NCBI GenBank assembly: GCA_965204535.1
Contig: CBDBEV010000001.1
Span: 352,001 to 416,000, forward strand
Source: a bacterium
Lineage (GTDB): Bacteria > UBA8248
Direction: 5' to 3'
Length of the DNA: 64,000 bases
Shown: piece by piece, positions 59,581 to 64,000 of the stretch
Position numbering within the stretch: position 1 is the first letter of the stretch
Layout of the letters: each line of letters begins with the position of its first letter
Position numbers and translations under genes: made by a program
The notes under the pieces: model-generated
Database searches by the model: none
What the model was told of the DNA's origin: nothing
What the model saw: the letters and a program-made list of their open reading frames with translations, nothing else

Positions 59581-60995
59581 CAGATTTCGAGTCCTTCGAT
59601 CACGCGCTCCATCATCATCGAACGCGACCCCTTCACCAAAACCCAGTCACCGGAGAGGAGCATATCGCCCAGCGAAGAAGCCGCCTGCTCCGGCGTGTCG
59701 AAATTCATAACCCGGGCGCCATCCATACCCGCGCGGCGCGCCTCATCGGACGCGAACCTCATCAGCGGCCCCACGCCCACGAACAAGCCCACGCCGCAGG
59801 CGGCCAGTTTCCGGCCCACTTCCCGGTGCGCACTTTCGGCGAGCGGCCCCAGTTCCGCCATGTCGCCGAGGACCGATATGAGCCGCCCACCGCCGCTGAG
59901 AGCGCTCGCCGTCTCCAGCGCCCGGGCGACGGAGGCGGGGTTCGCGTTGTAGGAATCATCCAGCAGATGGACGCCCCCACGTCCGGAAATCTCGCGCGCC
60001 TGGAACCGCATTTCGGGGAGAACGGCCCGCGAGAGTCCGTTGGCCATTTCATCCAGGGAGACGCCCAGCGCAGACGCGCAAGCCGCGGCGGCCAATGCGT
60101 TCAATACGTTATGACGCCCCAGCGCCTTGAGCCGAACCCCGCTCTCGCCGCCTGCGCAATGGAGTGTAAAGCGCGTCCCGTCGGCGGCGATGCGGATCTC
60201 ATCCGCCCAGAAGTCGCTTTGCGGCGAAAAGCCGAAGCGAATCACACGTCCGCCCGCCGCCTCGTGCCTCTCGGCCAGAACGCGGCTGTGAGGATCCTCG
60301 TTCGAGAGCACGGCAACGCCGCCCGGGGGTATCGCTTCGAGTATCTCGCCCTTCGCATCGCGCACCGCCTCCACGCTGCCCAGCCCTTCGATGTGCGCGG
60401 GCCCGACGTTCGTGATGACGGCGATTCGGGGCCGGGCGATCTCGGCGAGCCTCCTGATTTCACCGGCTTCGCTCATCCCCATCTCGAAGACGGCGTTCGC
60501 GTGCTCATCGCCCAGGCGGAAGACCTGATGCGGGAGACCCACCAGGTTGTTCAGGTTCCCCTGGCTCTTGCACGTTTCGCCTCCGGCGGAGAGCAGCGCC
60601 GCTATCATCTCCTTCGTCGTCGTCTTGCCGTTGCTGCCTGTTACGCCCGCCACGGGAATCTCGAAGCGGCTCCGGTGCGCGCGCGCCAGATCGCCCAGGG
60701 CTCTCAGCGTGTCCGCCACCTCGACGACGAAAACCGCATCCCCATCCGACACATCTGCGCCTTGCTCCACGACGACCCCCGCCGCTTTTTTTTCCATCGC
60801 CTGGGCGAGGAACTGCGCCCCATCGAAGTTGGGGCCCTTGAGCGCAATGAACAGTTCTCCCGCTTCCAGCGTGCGCGTGTCCGTGCTCACACCGGCGGCG
60901 TGGGCGGAGCCGTCCCCGCGAACCAGACGCCCTTCCACGGCCGCCGCGATTTCATCTGCGCTGAAAACAGCCGTCATCGATTCCGCCCTTATCAT
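59580..60995 (-). CDS. murF: UDP-MurNAc-tripeptide--D-Ala-D-Ala ligase
   Basis: TGSNGKTTTKE, GNLNN.VG.P, DSYNANP, LVKGSR. Confidence 0.96.
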   Translation of the reverse strand: MIRAESMTAVFSADEIAAAVEGRLVRGDGSAHAAGVSTDTRTLEAGELFIALKGPNFDGAQFLAQAMEKKAAGVVVEQGADVSDGDAVFVVEVADTLRALGDLARAHRSRFEIPVAGVTGSNGKTTTKEMIAALLSAGGETCKSQGNLNNLVGLPHQVFRLGDEHANAVFEMGMSEAGEIRRLAEIARPRIAVITNVGPAHIEGLGSVEAVRDAKGEILEAIPPGGVAVLSNEDPHSRVLAERHEAAGGRVIRFGFSPQSDFWADEIRIAADGTRFTLHCAGGESGVRLKALGRHNVLNALAAAACASALGVSLDEMANGLSRAVLPEMRFQAREISGRGGVHLLDDSYNANPASVARALETASALSGGGRLISVLGDMAELGPLAESAHREVGRKLAACGVGLFVGVGPLMRFASDEARRAGMDGARVMNFDTPEQAASSLGDMLLSGDWVLVKGSRSMMMERVIEGLEI

Positions 60996-62515
60996 CTCTC
61001 GTATCCCGCGAGTCGCAGCGCCGTGCGGGCCTCTTCGCGATCATCGAACGGCGTACGCTCGGTTCCCAGAATCTGATACGTCTCGTGTCCCTTGCCCGCG
61101 ATGACCACGGCGTCTCCCTCGCGCGCCTGTGCGATGATGGCCCGAATCGCTTCGCGCCTGTCCAGGATGCTGCGCCAGCGGCCGGCGCTCGCGGGCGCGA
61201 GAGCGGCGCCGGATTCGACTTCTCTCAAAATCGACGCAGGGTCTTCGGTGCGCGGATTATCCGACGTCATCACCACGTAGTCGCTCCCCCGCAGGGCGGC
61301 GGCGGCCATGAGAGGACGCTTTTTTCTGTCCCTGTCGCCTCCGCACCCCATGAGGGTGAGGATTCTTCCCTCCGTGACAGGCCGGGCGAACTCCAGCACG
61401 CGGGCGAGGGCGTCCTCGGTGTGCGCGTAATCCACCACCACCAGAAATGGCTGGCCCATGTCGACCTTCTCGAAGCGCCCGGGTATGTTCTCCAGAGACG
61501 CGACCCCCACCGCCACTTCTTCGGGTGTCAAGCCCTGGGAGAGACAAACCGCCGATGCCGCCAGGATGTTGCTCAGGTTATGGCGGCCGATGAGCGCCGT
61601 TTCGACCCTCACCCTTCCGGCGGGCGTCAGCATCTGGAAACGCATGCCCGAAGAGGAACTCGAAAGATCCTCCACGCCCAGGTCCGCCCCGGAGCCGGCG
61701 GCGTACGTCCAGACTTGCCCCCCCACCTCCTCGGCGATTTTCCTTCCGTAGGCGTCATCGATGTTGACGATGGAATTGGCGGGCGAAAACTCTTTGAACA
61801 GTTTCAGTTTCGCCTGAAAGTAAGCCTCCATGTCGCCATGAAAATCGAGATGATCCTGGGTAAGATTCGTGAATACCGCCGCCTGGAACTCGCAGCCGAA
61901 CAATCTGTCCAGGGCCAGTCCGTGGCTCGACACTTCCATTACCGCGTGGGAAGCGCCCGCGTCCGCCATGCGGCGCAGATACCGCTGCAGGTCGGGGCCT
62001 TCCGAGGTCGTTCGTGGCTCCTCGAACACCTCATCGCCCACACGGTAATGAATCGTCCCCATCAAGCCGGTGCGCCTGCCCGAGGCGCGGAGAATCGCGT
62101 CGATGAGAAACGCGGTGGTCGTCTTTCCGTTGGTGCCCGTAACGCCGATGAGCGCCAACTCTCCCGAGGGATGCCCGTAGAACGCATCGCCGATGCGGGA
62201 CAAGGCCTCGCGGCAGGAGGACGCGACGAACTGGGGCACCTCGGGGGAGACCCCCTCTATTTTTCTCTCCACGACGAGGGCGGCCGCGCCCCCATCTACA
62301 GCGTCCTTGGCGAAATCGTGCCCATCCGCCTGGAAACCCACCACCGCCACGAAGACGTCGCCCGCACGCACGAGGCGCGAATCGTAAGCCACGCCGGTGA
62401 TTTGGGCGGAAAAATCCCCGGCGGCCCTTGCGCCGGGCACGGCCCGTGTCAATTCCTCGAATGAGGCGCTTTTCTCACTCACGACCATCGCTCCGATCAA
62501 CGCGTCGCATCCCAT
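60992..62515 (-). CDS. murE: UDP-MurNAc-dipeptide--mDAP ligase
   Basis: TGTNGKTT, MEVSSH, DHLDFH, VDYAHT, DNPR (mDAP specificity), AGKGHE. Confidence 0.96.
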   Translation of the reverse strand: MGCDALIGAMVVSEKSASFEELTRAVPGARAAGDFSAQITGVAYDSRLVRAGDVFVAVVGFQADGHDFAKDAVDGGAAALVVERKIEGVSPEVPQFVASSCREALSRIGDAFYGHPSGELALIGVTGTNGKTTTAFLIDAILRASGRRTGLMGTIHYRVGDEVFEEPRTTSEGPDLQRYLRRMADAGASHAVMEVSSHGLALDRLFGCEFQAAVFTNLTQDHLDFHGDMEAYFQAKLKLFKEFSPANSIVNIDDAYGRKIAEEVGGQVWTYAAGSGADLGVEDLSSSSSGMRFQMLTPAGRVRVETALIGRHNLSNILAASAVCLSQGLTPEEVAVGVASLENIPGRFEKVDMGQPFLVVVDYAHTEDALARVLEFARPVTEGRILTLMGCGGDRDRKKRPLMAAAALRGSDYVVMTSDNPRTEDPASILREVESGAALAPASAGRWRSILDRREAIRAIIAQAREGDAVVIAGKGHETYQILGTERTPFDDREEARTALRLAGYER

Positions 62516-64000
62516 GAAGCCGTCTGCGCCCGATCGCCATGCAGATAGCGGCGCACCTCTCTTGCGGCGTCCAGAAACTTCTCGCCTATCGTTCGATCTC
62601 CGTTCTTCGGATCAGCCCCAACGCGAACCCGGGGGCGCGAATCCGCCACCTGCAGGATTCTGGCTCCCATCGGAGGCACACGCATGTAGCGCAGCGCCTG
62701 CCAGGCGATTCGCCGCCAAACCGGCGCCGCGACAGTACCCCCCCATGCGCCTGCGGGTCCCTTGCCCTCATCGAAGATAACGATGAGAGCGAAACGGGGG
62801 TTCTTGTAGGGGGCGAAACCCACGAACGACATGATGAATTTCGAGCGGCTGTAGCCCCGCTGACCCGGGAGAACCTTCTGCGCCGTACCCGTTTTCCCCG
62901 CGGCGCCGTAACCCGGAATTTCGGCCTTTCTCCCCGTGCCCCCGATCACGACCTTCCTCATCAAAACGCCGAGACGCTCCGCCACGCGGCGAGAGAGAAC
63001 ACGCCTGAACTCCTGCCTCTGGGCCGGGAGCGTCTCCTTTTCGTTTCGTCCGATGGAATCGTGCAGAACGGGCCGGGGCATCAGGCCGCCGTTCGCCACC
63101 GCGGCCACAGCCATCACCATCTGAAGCGGAGTGACACCCACTTCCTGCCCGATGGCTACCGCCGCCAACGAGGTTTTCGACCACTTCTTCGGCGCGCGAA
63201 GGACGCCCCGGGCTTCTCCGGGGAAATTGATCCCCGTCTTGCGGCCAAAACCAAAACGGTGCGCCATGAAATGGAGCTGGTGCTCACCGATATCACGCGC
63301 CATCTTGAATGTGCCGATGTTCGATGATTTCACAATCACCTCTTCGGCGGTGAGCCAGCCGTATTTTTTATGATCCCGGAGGGTGTAGCGCCCCCCTCCA
63401 AACCGGTAGGAACCGTTTTCGGCGAAATACTTTTTCGAGAGCGACTCGCCTGCGTCCAGATAGGCCGCCGCCGTGATGATCTTGAACGTCGAGCCGGGTT
63501 CGTAGAATTCCTGGATGGCGGGCTCTTTCCAAAGAGATGCGCCGTAAAGTCGATACGCGTTGGGGTTGAACCCCGGTACGGACGCCAAGGCCAGAATTCT
63601 GCCGCTTTGGGGCTCGACCATGACCCCGATGGCGCGCCGCGCGCCAACGCGGCGGAGTTGGGCGTTCAACTCTTTTTCGACGATATGCTGAAGTACCTCA
63701 TCGATGGTGAGGCGAACGTCCGCGCCCGGACGCGCCGGCACGAGAACCCTTGATTCGGGATGAGCCGGCCTGCCCTTCGCGTCGCGCTGGATACGAATGC
63801 GGCCCACGCGCCCCCCCATGTGCTCCTGGTAGGATTGCTCCACGCCATACATGCCCGCATCATCAACGCCGACGAAACCGACCAGAGAAGATGCGAGTTC
63901 GCGCTTGGGATAGAAACGCATGCTTTCAGTGACGAAGCCCAGGCCGTCGATCCCCAGCTTTTCGATTTTCCCTTGTTGATCGGGATTGATTTTCCGCTTG
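62497..64000 (-). CDS. ftsI: Penicillin-binding protein 3 (5' end outside window)
   Basis: EPGSTFK, KSSN, GKTGTAQK transpeptidase motifs; directly upstream of murE. Confidence 0.93.
   Translation of the reverse strand, partial: KRKINPDQQGKIEKLGIDGLGFVTESMRFYPKRELASSLVGFVGVDDAGMYGVEQSYQEHMGGRVGRIRIQRDAKGRPAHPESRVLVPARPGADVRLTIDEVLQHIVEKELNAQLRRVGARRAIGVMVEPQSGRILALASVPGFNPNAYRLYGASLWKEPAIQEFYEPGSTFKIITAAAYLDAGESLSKKYFAENGSYRFGGGRYTLRDHKKYGWLTAEEVIVKSSNIGTFKMARDIGEHQLHFMAHRFGFGRKTGINFPGEARGVLRAPKKWSKTSLAAVAIGQEVGVTPLQMVMAVAAVANGGLMPRPVLHDSIGRNEKETLPAQRQEFRRVLSRRVAERLGVLMRKVVIGGTGRKAEIPGYGAAGKTGTAQKVLPGQRGYSRSKFIMSFVGFAPYKNPRFALIVIFDEGKGPAGAWGGTVAAPVWRRIAWQALRYMRVPPMGARILQVADSRPRVRVGADPKNGDRTIGEKFLDAAREVRRYLHGDRAQTASWDATR

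Noticed and set aside
1-64000. CRISPR array or rRNA
   Set aside because: No regularly spaced direct repeats or rRNA-like sequence seen.

Overview
GC-rich bacterial chromosome window with two parts. (1) About 1-28,000 is a decaying conjugative/mobilisable island. It holds a MOBF (TrwC-like) relaxase running off the left edge and a leading-region-like block (poly-zinc-finger protein, ssb, DUF4326, DUF2493/SLOG) with a Frpo-like fold-back. It also holds an IS1182 inserted into a hairpin, an RHH gene with three operator palindromes, IS256 debris, an AbiE type IV TA pair, and a head-to-tail dimer of an unusual IS66-family element carrying a DUF4338/DruA-like gene. The island ends with a TbpB-like surface lipoprotein gene divergent from a Cre-like tyrosine recombinase. 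The most notable signal lies between those last two genes: two lox-like 34-bp sites with inverted 8-bp spacers flank a ~160-bp segment carrying a near-consensus sigma70 promoter. As assembled, the promoter fires into a terminator; if inverted it would drive the lipoprotein. This is a candidate Cre/lox-type phase-variation switch. (2) About 28,000-64,000 is core genome: 2-oxoacid/acetoin dehydrogenase E1 alpha/beta, RibD-like, MBL, VOC, a cytochrome c peroxidase/cytochrome c/beta-propeller cluster, FGE-domain protein, cupin, CoA transferase, an ABC transporter with duplicated binding proteins, tRNA-Asp, mtnA, yggU-divIVA-yggT-proC-yggS-pgeF and the dcw cluster (ftsZ to ftsI). All family assignments come from motif recognition by eye, not database searches.
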